Source: Bacillota bacterium (GTDB lineage Bacteria; Bacillota; Clostridia; Christensenellales; CAG-138). From it: a stretch of 64,000 nt of DNA. Both the position numbers and the translations under genes were made by a program. The notes under the pieces were generated by a model, which made no database searches, was not told the DNA's origin, and saw nothing but the letters and a program-made list of their open reading frames with translations. The DNA is taken from positions 5,193-69,192 of the forward strand of contig JAEWYO010000044.1 of the NCBI GenBank assembly GCA_023395595.1, given 5' to 3'. Shown here in pieces: positions 35,950-45,067 of the stretch (positions within the stretch are counted from its first letter, which is position 1; every line of letters begins with the position of its first letter).

Positions 35950-37665
35950 TCAAAGCTCCGGTTCGCCTTCATCCGTGAATTCATGTACCGGTTCCGCCGG
36001 AACCCAGATGCGGTTCAGACAGCCGTGTGGTTCGATGTTTGTCAGCTCCAGCAAATCGTCGCGTTCATACATCAGCGACATCATGCGTTTGACACTCCAC
36101 AAGCCCACGCGGGAGCCATCTTCCGTCCTCGGCTTGCCGTGACCGTTCATATAGCGCAGCACATCGCGCGGGTAGCCTTTTCCGTCGTCCTCAATCTCGA
36201 TGAGCAGCATCTCCTGCCCGTTTCGCTCACTTAAGCTCACCTTGATGAGCACGGTAAGCACGGTATCCACCGAGATTGCATACTTGAACTCGTTTTCCAC
36301 AAACGTTTGAATCAGCATCTGTGGGATGCGCCAGCCTTCCAATGCCGCCGGAAGGTCAATGAAGTAAAACGCACAGTTGGGATATTTGAACGCCTGCATA
36401 TCAAAGTAATTCTCGATGTGGCGAATCTCTTCCTTTACGCTGACGGTATGCAGGCCGGACTTGAACATATAGCGAATGTTCTTGCTCAAGGATTCGACAT
36501 AGCCCTTGATCTGCTGCCCGCGTCCCTGGCTGTTCATGCTCGAAAGCGTGCTGATCGCGTTGAGAAAAAAGTGCGGCTTGATCTGGAGGCGGATGCTCCG
36601 CAGCTCCATATCCTTGAGGGAGATGATCTTCTCGTAACTCTGGATTTTCAGGTTGACGATTTCATCCATGAGTTTATTGAAGGTGTCTTTCAGGTGCGTG
36701 AACTCACTCGTGTCAAACTCGCCTTCGATGCGAAGGTCATATTCGCCTTTGTCGATTCGCTCCATGCCCTCGGTAATCACATTCATCGGCAGCATCATCT
36801 GCTTGCGCACATAACGAATCAGCAGAAAGCCAAAGAAGATCGTAACCACGATGGCCGCCAGTGAAACCGCAGTGCTGGCGCGCACCTGCCGCCATACGCT
36901 GAGGTTTTGCACGACACTGTGGAGAGAAATCTGCCCGGGATAGACCGGAAAACTGACCACCAGCGTGCGCGCGGAGGAGGCGATGTTCATCTCCTGCCCA
37001 ACTGCCAGTTGCTCCAGCGGCTCACCCGCCGCATCCGCAACGGTGTTGTATTCATCCGTCAACACAAATGTCTGCTCGCCATAGTCACCCGGCGGGATTG
37101 TGGCAAGTACATCGTTCGTGCCCGTAAACGCACTGACCGCACGTCCGTTGTAGAAATAGGACTTGGTCAAATACATGTGGTTGTTGAGAGAAACAAACGA
37201 CCAGCCGATTGGCGTTTCTTCGCCGCGCGCACACGCGGACGTATAGTCCCGCATCGCGTCGCGATCCCAATAGTTCAGTGTCGTTGCCGCCGCGTCCACG
37301 CAAACGTCATATCGTGCGTCCGCAACCACGATGCAACCGACTGTGTCATCGCTGCGTAGCAAATCTGTGATGTAGTTCTTGATGTTGAGCGAAGCATAGA
37401 CGCGTTTGGATTCCTCCGCGCCGCGAATGATCTGCAAATCTGTAAAGTTCTGTACCAGCAGGTTTTGCAGTGCGCGATCCATCTGCAAGACCCGGCTTTT
37501 GATCTCCCCGCCGTAGACCTGCAAAAAATTCTCCGCACTCTGCTCGATTTCACCGCGCAAAATAGAATATGACGACGCGGCATGCACCACCAGCACGATA
37601 GCCAGCAGCATCACCAACGCAGCCAGAAGCAGAATAATTTGGCGGACAAATGCTCTTTTTTTCAA
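35950..37665 (-). CDS. sensor histidine kinase (YesM-like: 2 TM, HAMP, His_kinase, HATPase)
   Basis: H-box QIKPHFFLNAISTL and the HATPase region IEIEDDGKGY...GSRVGLWSV. A TTG at 37665 with GGAGG 8 nt upstream is preferred over the ORF-track ATG at 37755. Confidence 0.85.
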   Translation of the reverse strand: MKKRAFVRQIILLLAALVMLLAIVLVVHAASSYSILRGEIEQSAENFLQVYGGEIKSRVLQMDRALQNLLVQNFTDLQIIRGAEESKRVYASLNIKNYITDLLRSDDTVGCIVVADARYDVCVDAAATTLNYWDRDAMRDYTSACARGEETPIGWSFVSLNNHMYLTKSYFYNGRAVSAFTGTNDVLATIPPGDYGEQTFVLTDEYNTVADAAGEPLEQLAVGQEMNIASSARTLVVSFPVYPGQISLHSVVQNLSVWRQVRASTAVSLAAIVVTIFFGFLLIRYVRKQMMLPMNVITEGMERIDKGEYDLRIEGEFDTSEFTHLKDTFNKLMDEIVNLKIQSYEKIISLKDMELRSIRLQIKPHFFLNAISTLSSMNSQGRGQQIKGYVESLSKNIRYMFKSGLHTVSVKEEIRHIENYFDMQAFKYPNCAFYFIDLPAALEGWRIPQMLIQTFVENEFKYAISVDTVLTVLIKVSLSERNGQEMLLIEIEDDGKGYPRDVLRYMNGHGKPRTEDGSRVGLWSVKRMMSLMYERDDLLELTNIEPHGCLNRIWVPAEPVHEFTDEGEPEL

Positions 37666-37847
37666 CCGTTCGCCTCCCCGTGATCGGCTCGGATCGGCAC
37701 AATAGGATAGGTAAAACACTCCAAGGATAGAATACCGCGTGCGGCGCGGGAACACAATTTCCCCTGGGCAAGTGATCCCGTTTTGAAAACAGATTCACTC
37801 GTTTTCAATAGTTCGGCGCTTTCCTGAGCATGCAACCGGTGTTTGGT

Positions 37848-38483
37848 TCACTCTATCTCGGCATACTGCGCAAACACACGCAGGAACAAACCGCTTGCGA
37901 GATACGCCGGTAGCGAGATACCGAAAAACAGCCAAACCAGCAGGATGAACGGTGCCTGATCCGGCAAAAATCGCATCAGCAGCACCCAAACGACCTGCAT
38001 TGCAATCACGATCAGCGTCACAGGCAGATGCCGGATGCTCATGAAGAACGCGTTGACGATGGTCTTTTTTACGGTGTTTTCAAACTTGGCAAACAGCGGG
38101 AAGACAAACGACATCGGAAAAAAGAACAGTGCACCGATGGCGGCAACCGCAATCCAGGCCCAAACGTTTTCCGCCGCAAGTCGCGGATAGAGCAGATAGA
38201 GATATGCGCCATACGCGGCAAGCGCAACAATCGCAAGCAGCCCAAGCGGCAGCGCCGGGCGAAATTCCGCCCGAAACGTCTGCCAATAGCCGATCACGGT
38301 GCGCCCTTTGTGCTGGCGGATGTCGAAGAGGGTTTTGTACAGCGCGGTCATGGCAGCGCCCGCGGTCACAATCGGAATGCAGAGCAGCAGCGTCATGAGG
38401 TTGAGCACCACAAGATCAAACACGCGCTCCAGAAAGCGCATAATCGGCGAGTTGTATGAAAACAGGTTCAATGTTGATACCAC
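37848..38483 (-). CDS. YesL-like DUF624 membrane protein
   Basis: FLERVFDLVVLNLMTLLLCIPIVTAGAAMTALY is the typical DUF624 N-terminus. About 6 TM. GTG start. Confidence 0.75.
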   Translation of the reverse strand: MVSTLNLFSYNSPIMRFLERVFDLVVLNLMTLLLCIPIVTAGAAMTALYKTLFDIRQHKGRTVIGYWQTFRAEFRPALPLGLLAIVALAAYGAYLYLLYPRLAAENVWAWIAVAAIGALFFFPMSFVFPLFAKFENTVKKTIVNAFFMSIRHLPVTLIVIAMQVVWVLLMRFLPDQAPFILLVWLFFGISLPAYLASGLFLRVFAQYAEIE

Positions 38484-38632
38484 CTTTATCCTTGTTGCTT
38501 GTTGTGCGGTTTGGCAGGTTTTTGCGCGATTTCTTGCTTTTTATCACAGGAAACCCAACTCCAATATAAACTCCCCGCGCAAAACCGTCAACTCATTGCA
38601 AGCCCGGTGCTTTGCTTCTAACGCTAGAAGCG

Positions 38633-39517
38633 TTATGCCTCTTCCGGCAGAATCGCCGCGCGCTTGAGCGGCAGCAATCGATCCAGCGCCAGTTCGATAT
38701 AGTCGTTCCACATCTTGAAGTCGTGGTCATAGCCCTCTGCGAGAAGATAGTCCACATCGAAGCCCAGCGCTTTGAGTAGGCGCGCGTCGTTTTCCATCCG
38801 CGCACGAATGAACTCCAGGCTCCCGCAGGCGAGGATGAACTTGCACTCCGGCATGCCATTTACCCGGTTTTCCAGCGCGACGGCGCTCAAGTCAAACCGC
38901 GAGCCGACCACCTCGTCCGCCGAACCAAACGTCGCGCCGTAGAGCGGGAAAAACTTCAAGAAATGCTCGCTCAGTAGCTCGTTTTTCAGCGTTTCGGCAT
39001 CCAGTGTCATACCGATTCCGCCAGAGATATCCATACACACGCTGTACCGATCCGGCCGCGCAATCGCGGCGGCAAGCGCAACGTTCCCGCCCATGGCATA
39101 GCCCATGATGAAGTTGTCTTCGCGCTTGGGCGAGCTGGCGAACAGCGTTTGAATCACCAGCGGCAGTTCCTCGGTGATGAATGTTTGATATGGCACGCCA
39201 TAGCATGCGTCCGCGCCAAAGCTATTTGCAATGTTTGGGGTTACGAGCATCACATGGTTTCGCTGCGCAAACGCTTCCGCGTTGGTATAACGATAGGTCA
39301 ACGTGTCGTCGTCCCCGCCGCCGTGCATCAGATAGACCGTTTGAAACTTCATGCCCGGCGCAAAAAAGTCTTTTTTTTCGCGGAGCAGCAGCCCGTGGGA
39401 GCGCTTGGCCAGCGCAGGCGTCTCCGGCAGGCGATACGTGTCCGTGGGATACACGACGGTGATGTCCACATAGTATCCAAGCACCTCACTGCGATAGTTA
39501 AAGCGTAGTTTTCCCAA
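38633..39517 (-). CDS. esterase-D-family fold protein lacking the nucleophile Ser (GYAMGG); probable pseudo-esterase
   Basis: It has the family layout (VYLMHGGGDD, REDNFIMGYAMGGNVA, GYDHDFKMW), but Ala sits at the GxSxG Ser position and the Asp region reads CGSLEF. TTG start with a GGAGGAGG RBS. Confidence 0.75.
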   Translation of the reverse strand: MGKLRFNYRSEVLGYYVDITVVYPTDTYRLPETPALAKRSHGLLLREKKDFFAPGMKFQTVYLMHGGGDDDTLTYRYTNAEAFAQRNHVMLVTPNIANSFGADACYGVPYQTFITEELPLVIQTLFASSPKREDNFIMGYAMGGNVALAAAIARPDRYSVCMDISGGIGMTLDAETLKNELLSEHFLKFFPLYGATFGSADEVVGSRFDLSAVALENRVNGMPECKFILACGSLEFIRARMENDARLLKALGFDVDYLLAEGYDHDFKMWNDYIELALDRLLPLKRAAILPEEA

Positions 39518-39547
39518 ATTTACCTCCTCCGGTTTGTACCGTGTTGC

Positions 39548-41185
39548 TCAATTCTGCGGCTCAAACGCGAGCGCGCCGTCCGGCAGGCGGCGGAACTGGC
39601 GGACATAGTTCCAACCCAGCCGTGCTTCCTCCGGGTTGCAGTCGTGCCCTTTGCCGTCCGCTAAAGAGTAGTTGTACAGATTCAGCGACACAGCATCGTT
39701 GGAGAAGAATCGATGCGTCGTATACTTGCGCGCGGGATAGCGCGGATTCGGATGATAAGTCTCAATCACATCGCCCGGTACGCCAACACCGGAAGCATCC
39801 GCATCCGGGAGATACGGCGTTTCCTTGCAGGTAATGTTGTTATACGATTTCCAGAAATCATACTGCACCTGCTGCCCGCTGCCGCGCACGGCGGGATACT
39901 CCATGTCCCGCGTGCCATACGTATAGAACACCGGCATACGGTAATCGTAAGCGAGTTTTTTGCAGCCCGCGATGGCAAATGGCTTTGTGTTACGGTTCTG
40001 GCAAAAGCGGGTGTTGTCGGCAATCACAGCGGCGATCATCTCGGGGTTGGTCATTGCGAACACCTGCGCCATCGCCGAGCCGTTGGAGAATCCGCCGATA
40101 TAGACGCGCGTTTCATCCACAGCATAAGTCGCTTTCATATACGCAATCAATGCGGAAAGATACGCCACGTCATCCGGCTGCTCCGGCACCATGTCCTGAT
40201 TCCAGCCCCAACGCGCGGTTGACCACGGATAGACGAGCAGGAATCCCTCTTGTTCCGCGACTTCGTGCATCTTGATCGTGTTTGCAATGTTGCCCGGCGT
40301 GTCCGCGCCGCCGTGATTGAAGAGCATCAGCGGTACCGGCTTGCCCGGGTTTTCCTTCACACATGTTGGCACATATTCTAACCATGTGTGCCCGACTTTA
40401 CCGTTGTCACCGAGGCGCATGTCGTCCTCATGCACGAAAAATTGGTAATCGTCGCGCACGGTACGCGGTCCCATATCGCCCAGCTCGCAGGAGTTGGAGC
40501 GGCACACCTTCGAAAACAACCTCTCCCAGCCGGAGCGGATCACACGCGCGTCGATCTCGTTGGACTCCGAGTGCTCGGTGATCACAAACGCCGCATCGTT
40601 CACGGGGTTGACGAACATGCCGTCGCCCGCTTGCTGTGCCCCATTCAGCGAAACAAAGAAGTCGCGCGTATCCGCGTCCGCATTGCGCAGGATCGCGGAG
40701 ACGGTGGCTCCAACCGAGCGCGACTGCGCACGATCCGAAAGCCTGCCGCCGAGGGTGAATATGCCTGCAACGTTGACGGGATTGCACGTGGCAAGCGCAT
40801 GCAGAAGGGACGCGCCCGTGCCACTGCCGATGAAATAACGTGCGTTGTGCATGTTGTGGTAGATGCCCATGTCCACAAACCCTGGCTGGTAGTTAAAGAG
40901 ACGTACCAGCTCCGCCACGTCGCTAAGATCGTCCCGCCCGTTTGGATCGAGTTCCCCGTTCCAAGTGCCGCCAATGGGGTTCGGAAACAGCAGGATCATC
41001 CGCTGACGATCCGCCAGAGCGCAAAAGTCCGCGTCGGAAAGCAGCGACATTGGCAATGCGTCGCTCTCGTCCTCTCGCAGAATGGTAATCAGCGTATTTT
41101 CATAGCAGCTCAGTCGCTCGCCCGCGGGATAGAGCACATACATGCTCCTGCCCAGTTCAGGATAGTTGATGAAATCCAGTCTCAT
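39548..41185 (-). CDS. tandem alpha/beta-hydrolase protein: degenerate N-terminal copy plus intact PHB-depolymerase-family (COG3509-like) esterase
   Basis: C-terminal half: PLMLFNHGG, RVYIGGFSNGSAMA (Ser intact). N-terminal half: the same spacing, but RYFIGSGTGASLL has Gly at the nucleophile position. No signal peptide. Confidence 0.75.
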   Translation of the reverse strand: MRLDFINYPELGRSMYVLYPAGERLSCYENTLITILREDESDALPMSLLSDADFCALADRQRMILLFPNPIGGTWNGELDPNGRDDLSDVAELVRLFNYQPGFVDMGIYHNMHNARYFIGSGTGASLLHALATCNPVNVAGIFTLGGRLSDRAQSRSVGATVSAILRNADADTRDFFVSLNGAQQAGDGMFVNPVNDAAFVITEHSESNEIDARVIRSGWERLFSKVCRSNSCELGDMGPRTVRDDYQFFVHEDDMRLGDNGKVGHTWLEYVPTCVKENPGKPVPLMLFNHGGADTPGNIANTIKMHEVAEQEGFLLVYPWSTARWGWNQDMVPEQPDDVAYLSALIAYMKATYAVDETRVYIGGFSNGSAMAQVFAMTNPEMIAAVIADNTRFCQNRNTKPFAIAGCKKLAYDYRMPVFYTYGTRDMEYPAVRGSGQQVQYDFWKSYNNITCKETPYLPDADASGVGVPGDVIETYHPNPRYPARKYTTHRFFSNDAVSLNLYNYSLADGKGHDCNPEEARLGWNYVRQFRRLPDGALAFEPQN

Positions 41186-41202
41186 GGGTTCACTCCTGTC
41201 TT

Positions 41203-42372
41203 TTAGAGTTCCATTGCCTCATACGCAAGATCCCGAATCATCGGGTGAATTTCGCTGTAGGAGGTAATCATGCCAAGAATCTGATGCGCATAAAAGATGC
41301 TTATGCCGTTTTTCGGGTCGGCCAGCGCATAGGCACCTGCCGCGCCGTCCCAGCCGAACTCACCGATTGGGCTCTTAGAGCACGCGGTATCCACCAGCGT
41401 GCGCACGCCGAGACCGTAGCCATAGCCGACCTTGCCCGCGCGGGAGAAATCTTCCATCTGCTGCCCATTCAGTCGGTTTTCACGCAGCAGATCGATCGAC
41501 TCCGGCTGCAAGATCCGCGCACCGTTTGTGCCAACGCCGCCGTTAGCGAGCGCATCGAGCACCACGCTGTAGGAATCCACCGTGCAGGTTAGCCCCGCAC
41601 CGCCGCTCTCGCTTCCCGCGGAGAGGCGGAAGATCATATCCGGGCTCTGCGTCATCTCGCCAGTCTCAAAATCCTTGCGATACTGCGCAGAGAGCCTGCT
41701 CCTCTGCTCCTCGGGCACCTGATAAAACATCTCCTTCAACCCCAGCGGCGCGAATATATGCTTGTGCATGTATGCGCCAAACGACATCCCACTGACCACC
41801 TCGATCACTGCCGCGAGCACATCGTGCCCCAGTGCATAGGAGTAGCGCGTGCCGGGCTCCGCAATCAGCGGCATCTTCGCAATCGCGCGGACGATTTTCC
41901 GCGTACTTGCACGGTCACTCGTCTGTTCCCGAATCTGACGGATCGGCTCGGAGAACACGTCGTAGGAAAGCCCCGCCGTCATCGACATCAGCTGATGGAT
42001 CAAAATCGGATTTTGTGCGCGAACGAGGGGCGAAGCTTGTGTCGGCCACTCAAACGGCCAATCGCCAATCTGGAAATCCGTTGCCACATACATGGTTTCA
42101 AACTCTGGCAGATAGCGCGAAAGCGGGTCGTCAAGCCCCAGCTTGCCGGATTCGATCAACTGCATCACCCCCGCCATGGTGATCACCTTTGTGCAGGAGT
42201 ATAGATCATATAGATCGTTTTCGGAAACAGGCCTTGTCATGGCGTAGTCGCTGTGCCCCGCCGTGTGGCGATAGAGCACTTCGTGCCCGCGCATGACCTT
42301 GCAGTCTAGCCCGTGAACCTCATATTTGCTCTCCAAAGAGTCGAGATAGTGTGTCAGTTTCGAAAAATTCAT
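41203..42372 (-). CDS. serine hydrolase, beta-lactamase fold (family VIII esterase / EstB-like)
   Basis: SxxK motif LYSCTKV and a Tyr region (RYSYALG). No signal peptide. The ATG at 42372 (MNFSKL) follows a G-rich RBS; the ORF-track GTG at 42411 has none. Confidence 0.8.
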   Translation of the reverse strand: MNFSKLTHYLDSLESKYEVHGLDCKVMRGHEVLYRHTAGHSDYAMTRPVSENDLYDLYSCTKVITMAGVMQLIESGKLGLDDPLSRYLPEFETMYVATDFQIGDWPFEWPTQASPLVRAQNPILIHQLMSMTAGLSYDVFSEPIRQIREQTSDRASTRKIVRAIAKMPLIAEPGTRYSYALGHDVLAAVIEVVSGMSFGAYMHKHIFAPLGLKEMFYQVPEEQRSRLSAQYRKDFETGEMTQSPDMIFRLSAGSESGGAGLTCTVDSYSVVLDALANGGVGTNGARILQPESIDLLRENRLNGQQMEDFSRAGKVGYGYGLGVRTLVDTACSKSPIGEFGWDGAAGAYALADPKNGISIFYAHQILGMITSYSEIHPMIRDLAYEAMEL

Positions 42373-42435
42373 CGTTACCCCCGCTTGCGTGATCGTTCGC
42401 GCAGTTTTCACTTTTGTAAGATTGGTTTCGCTTGT

Positions 42436-43533
42436 TTACTTCCGGTGCGAAATCATCCAATCCAGAATACCATATTCGTTGTGCAGCACAAGTACCCAGC
42501 TGTTGTGATTGGCGGCGCGAATCTCCTTCTCGCTGAGCGTTGGCGCGGCAACGATGCCGTATTGTTCCAGTTCTTCCGGCGTAAAAAGCGTGTAGCGCAG
42601 GTCTTTTCTGCCGCGCTCCCAGAGCTTGGTCAGTGCACGGAGGATATAGGCATGCCTGCCCGCCTGATGGTCAATATACGCCGTTGCGATGTACGCGGGC
42701 ACTTCCGGCCAATTCTCCAACAGCGGGTAGCTATCCCCGTTCATGCTCGGGCAAATCGGAACCGCCGCGGCAAACAGATCTGGTGCGGAGGAAACGGTTG
42801 TGATCACACCCGCCCCGCCCATACTCATGCCGATAACATAGACGCGCGCGGCATCCACACGGCCTTCGGCAATCATCTTGCGGATCAAGTCGCAAACCCT
42901 GCCGACATAGTCCCGGTTCCAACCGCGATCGCCAAAGCTGATGTTGGTCGGCGCGCCGACGCAAACGCGGAACGGATCGCCCGTTGCCATCATCTTGGCA
43001 AACATCTCCTGCATGCCAATGCCGTAGTCCGGCGCCTGAGGAGCCAGAACGAACATATCGGGAAAACGTTTGGCGAGGCTGATTGCCCCGATGGTTCCCG
43101 TGAGCTGGAGGAGATTATCCGTGCCGCATTCTCCACCGCCATGCAGAAACAGAATCAGCGGACGAGGGCTGCTTGCCTTCGGTTCATAGAGACGGTAGAG
43201 CACGTCGCCCTCGCTGTGCTTGCCAAACAACACCTCGTCGCGCACGGTGATATCCGCGATATCCGCCTTGCGGATCGTTTGCCCCTGCACCGTCAGCGAA
43301 AAGTCGATTCGATAGAGAAACGGATCTACTTTGACGACGGTTTCGCCGCCGACAAGCTTCACGGAGAGCACTCCTTTGCTCGCAATCGTGGCGCAGCAGT
43401 CGGTATAGCACTCCTTGAGCGCAATATCTGCCGCCGTTACTTCGCCGGAGAGCCCCGTGATGCGGATGGTCTCCACCATCTGCCCAAAATCGCCGATGAA
43501 CGTATCGATACTCGTCTTGATCATGGTATTCAT
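42436..43533 (-). CDS. alpha/beta hydrolase, COG4099-type (phospholipase/carboxylesterase-like) with N-terminal beta domain
   Basis: YRLYEP....PLILFLHGGGECGTDN and nucleophile elbow VIGMSMGGAG. No signal peptide. Confidence 0.78.
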   Translation of the reverse strand: MNTMIKTSIDTFIGDFGQMVETIRITGLSGEVTAADIALKECYTDCCATIASKGVLSVKLVGGETVVKVDPFLYRIDFSLTVQGQTIRKADIADITVRDEVLFGKHSEGDVLYRLYEPKASSPRPLILFLHGGGECGTDNLLQLTGTIGAISLAKRFPDMFVLAPQAPDYGIGMQEMFAKMMATGDPFRVCVGAPTNISFGDRGWNRDYVGRVCDLIRKMIAEGRVDAARVYVIGMSMGGAGVITTVSSAPDLFAAAVPICPSMNGDSYPLLENWPEVPAYIATAYIDHQAGRHAYILRALTKLWERGRKDLRYTLFTPEELEQYGIVAAPTLSEKEIRAANHNSWVLVLHNEYGILDWMISHRK

Positions 43534-43573
43534 CCTTCTTTCCGTTTGTTTTGTTCAAAACTGAGCGCCTTTT

Positions 43574-45067
43574 TTATTCCCCGTCCGCGCAAAGCATATC
43601 CTGAAAAAGCCAGGACATGTAGCGCGAGAGCACGGAATAATGATCGGTCGCGTAAAGCACTCCATCATATTCCGACACCTGCCAGTTCATCGCAAAGCGG
43701 CAGAACCACTCCAGCGAAGCATAGAGCGCGCCGTTGCGGAAGATGCATTCGCAGAGCATCGCTTCGATGCGGTTATCGACCACGCAGCCAATGCACCCTT
43801 CGGCAAAGGTAAAGACTCTGCCATCCGGCATGGTAAGCTGCGCGCGCCTGCCGACCGCGTCCGCCGCGATTGCTCCACCAAACGCCTGCGCGAAAAAGTC
43901 CACCGGCACGCAAAGATAGCTTCCGCGAACGATCTGATCACCGTTTAGCCCGTGATATTTCAATTTCTCCCAGCGCACCACCGGAGCCGAGAGCGGCACA
44001 ACCGCGCCGTTGAGCCACGCGCGGCCTGCGCCCTCGCAAACGGCGATCGCCGCCGCGTCGCCCGCCTGCCGGCTGAGCGTCGGGGTATGCACGAGCGTTC
44101 CGTCCGGTTCTTTGCGCACACCGGAGAAGAGAAAGTCCCAAACCATCTCCGCGTCGTCAAACGTCTGCCCGTGGTCGCGATTTTTCACGTCCATCAGCAC
44201 GACATTCGCCTTGTTTCCGCGATAAAACGCATAGTTCTTCTCGCCCTGAAGACTGATGAGCGGCAGCACGTCCGCCTCGTTGATCCGCTTCCAGTAATCG
44301 AGGTTTGCGCGCACCACGGTGCGGTCGTCCAGCCCGTAGTGAAACGGCGTTTTGTCGTGCTCCAGTCGGGATTGCCAGATGTCCATCGCGCCGCCTTTGT
44401 TGATTACGCTCCCATCCGGCGCAAACAGTAATAACGGGTTGGTTGGGCAGCCCGATCCGGCGGTTGCGGCAAAATGCATGCCGCAATAGCGCGCAACCTG
44501 GCTTGTCATGCAATCTCCCATCGACATGCCCTGCATGAACACGCGGCCTTCGTCGATGTTGTAGCGTTCCTTCATTCGTTTGAGCAGCGCGAGCACAAGT
44601 TGCACGTCGTGATATTCCTCCACCGTGCCCGTAGGTTTGTTGAGCGAAGGGATTCCCTCCGGCATCGGCTGCGAGAGCTCATCAATCGTGTTGGGATCGC
44701 ATTCGATCATCCACATCCGCTTGACATGCGCATTGGGAAAGACGCAGATAAACCCCTCGCGATCCGCAATGTGCGTCCAGGAGGTGTAGATGCACTGTCC
44801 CCAGCCGGTCATTAAGCCGCCGTGCATCGAAAACACCAAAGGTGTTTTCTTGGCCGGATCATAGCTTACCGGCACGTATTCATACCAGGTATCCGTCAAG
44901 CCGTCATCGGTGACGCTCTCGCAAAACTCTTGCAGCCGCGCGGGATAAACCTGTGAGCTGTTGCCGTTTTCGTTGACGACCATGCGGCTGCCTTTGATTG
45001 CCTCCGGCAAATAGTCGCGGTTTGCGTCGTTTGGCTCGCCCGCCAAAAGGTTGATCTTGCGCTTCAT
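43574..45067 (-). CDS. PHB-depolymerase-family esterase fused to a Cys-rich C-terminal domain (copper-amine-oxidase-N / stalk-like), paralogue 1
   Basis: PLVFSMHGG, EGFICVFPNA, RVFMQGMSMGD and NRDHGQT. The C-terminal roughly 150 aa has a YLCVP...GCIGCVVDN...EWFCRF pattern. The start overlaps the lacI-type stop (ATGA). Confidence 0.75.
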   Translation of the reverse strand: MKRKINLLAGEPNDANRDYLPEAIKGSRMVVNENGNSSQVYPARLQEFCESVTDDGLTDTWYEYVPVSYDPAKKTPLVFSMHGGLMTGWGQCIYTSWTHIADREGFICVFPNAHVKRMWMIECDPNTIDELSQPMPEGIPSLNKPTGTVEEYHDVQLVLALLKRMKERYNIDEGRVFMQGMSMGDCMTSQVARYCGMHFAATAGSGCPTNPLLLFAPDGSVINKGGAMDIWQSRLEHDKTPFHYGLDDRTVVRANLDYWKRINEADVLPLISLQGEKNYAFYRGNKANVVLMDVKNRDHGQTFDDAEMVWDFLFSGVRKEPDGTLVHTPTLSRQAGDAAAIAVCEGAGRAWLNGAVVPLSAPVVRWEKLKYHGLNGDQIVRGSYLCVPVDFFAQAFGGAIAADAVGRRAQLTMPDGRVFTFAEGCIGCVVDNRIEAMLCECIFRNGALYASLEWFCRFAMNWQVSEYDGVLYATDHYSVLSRYMSWLFQDMLCADGE

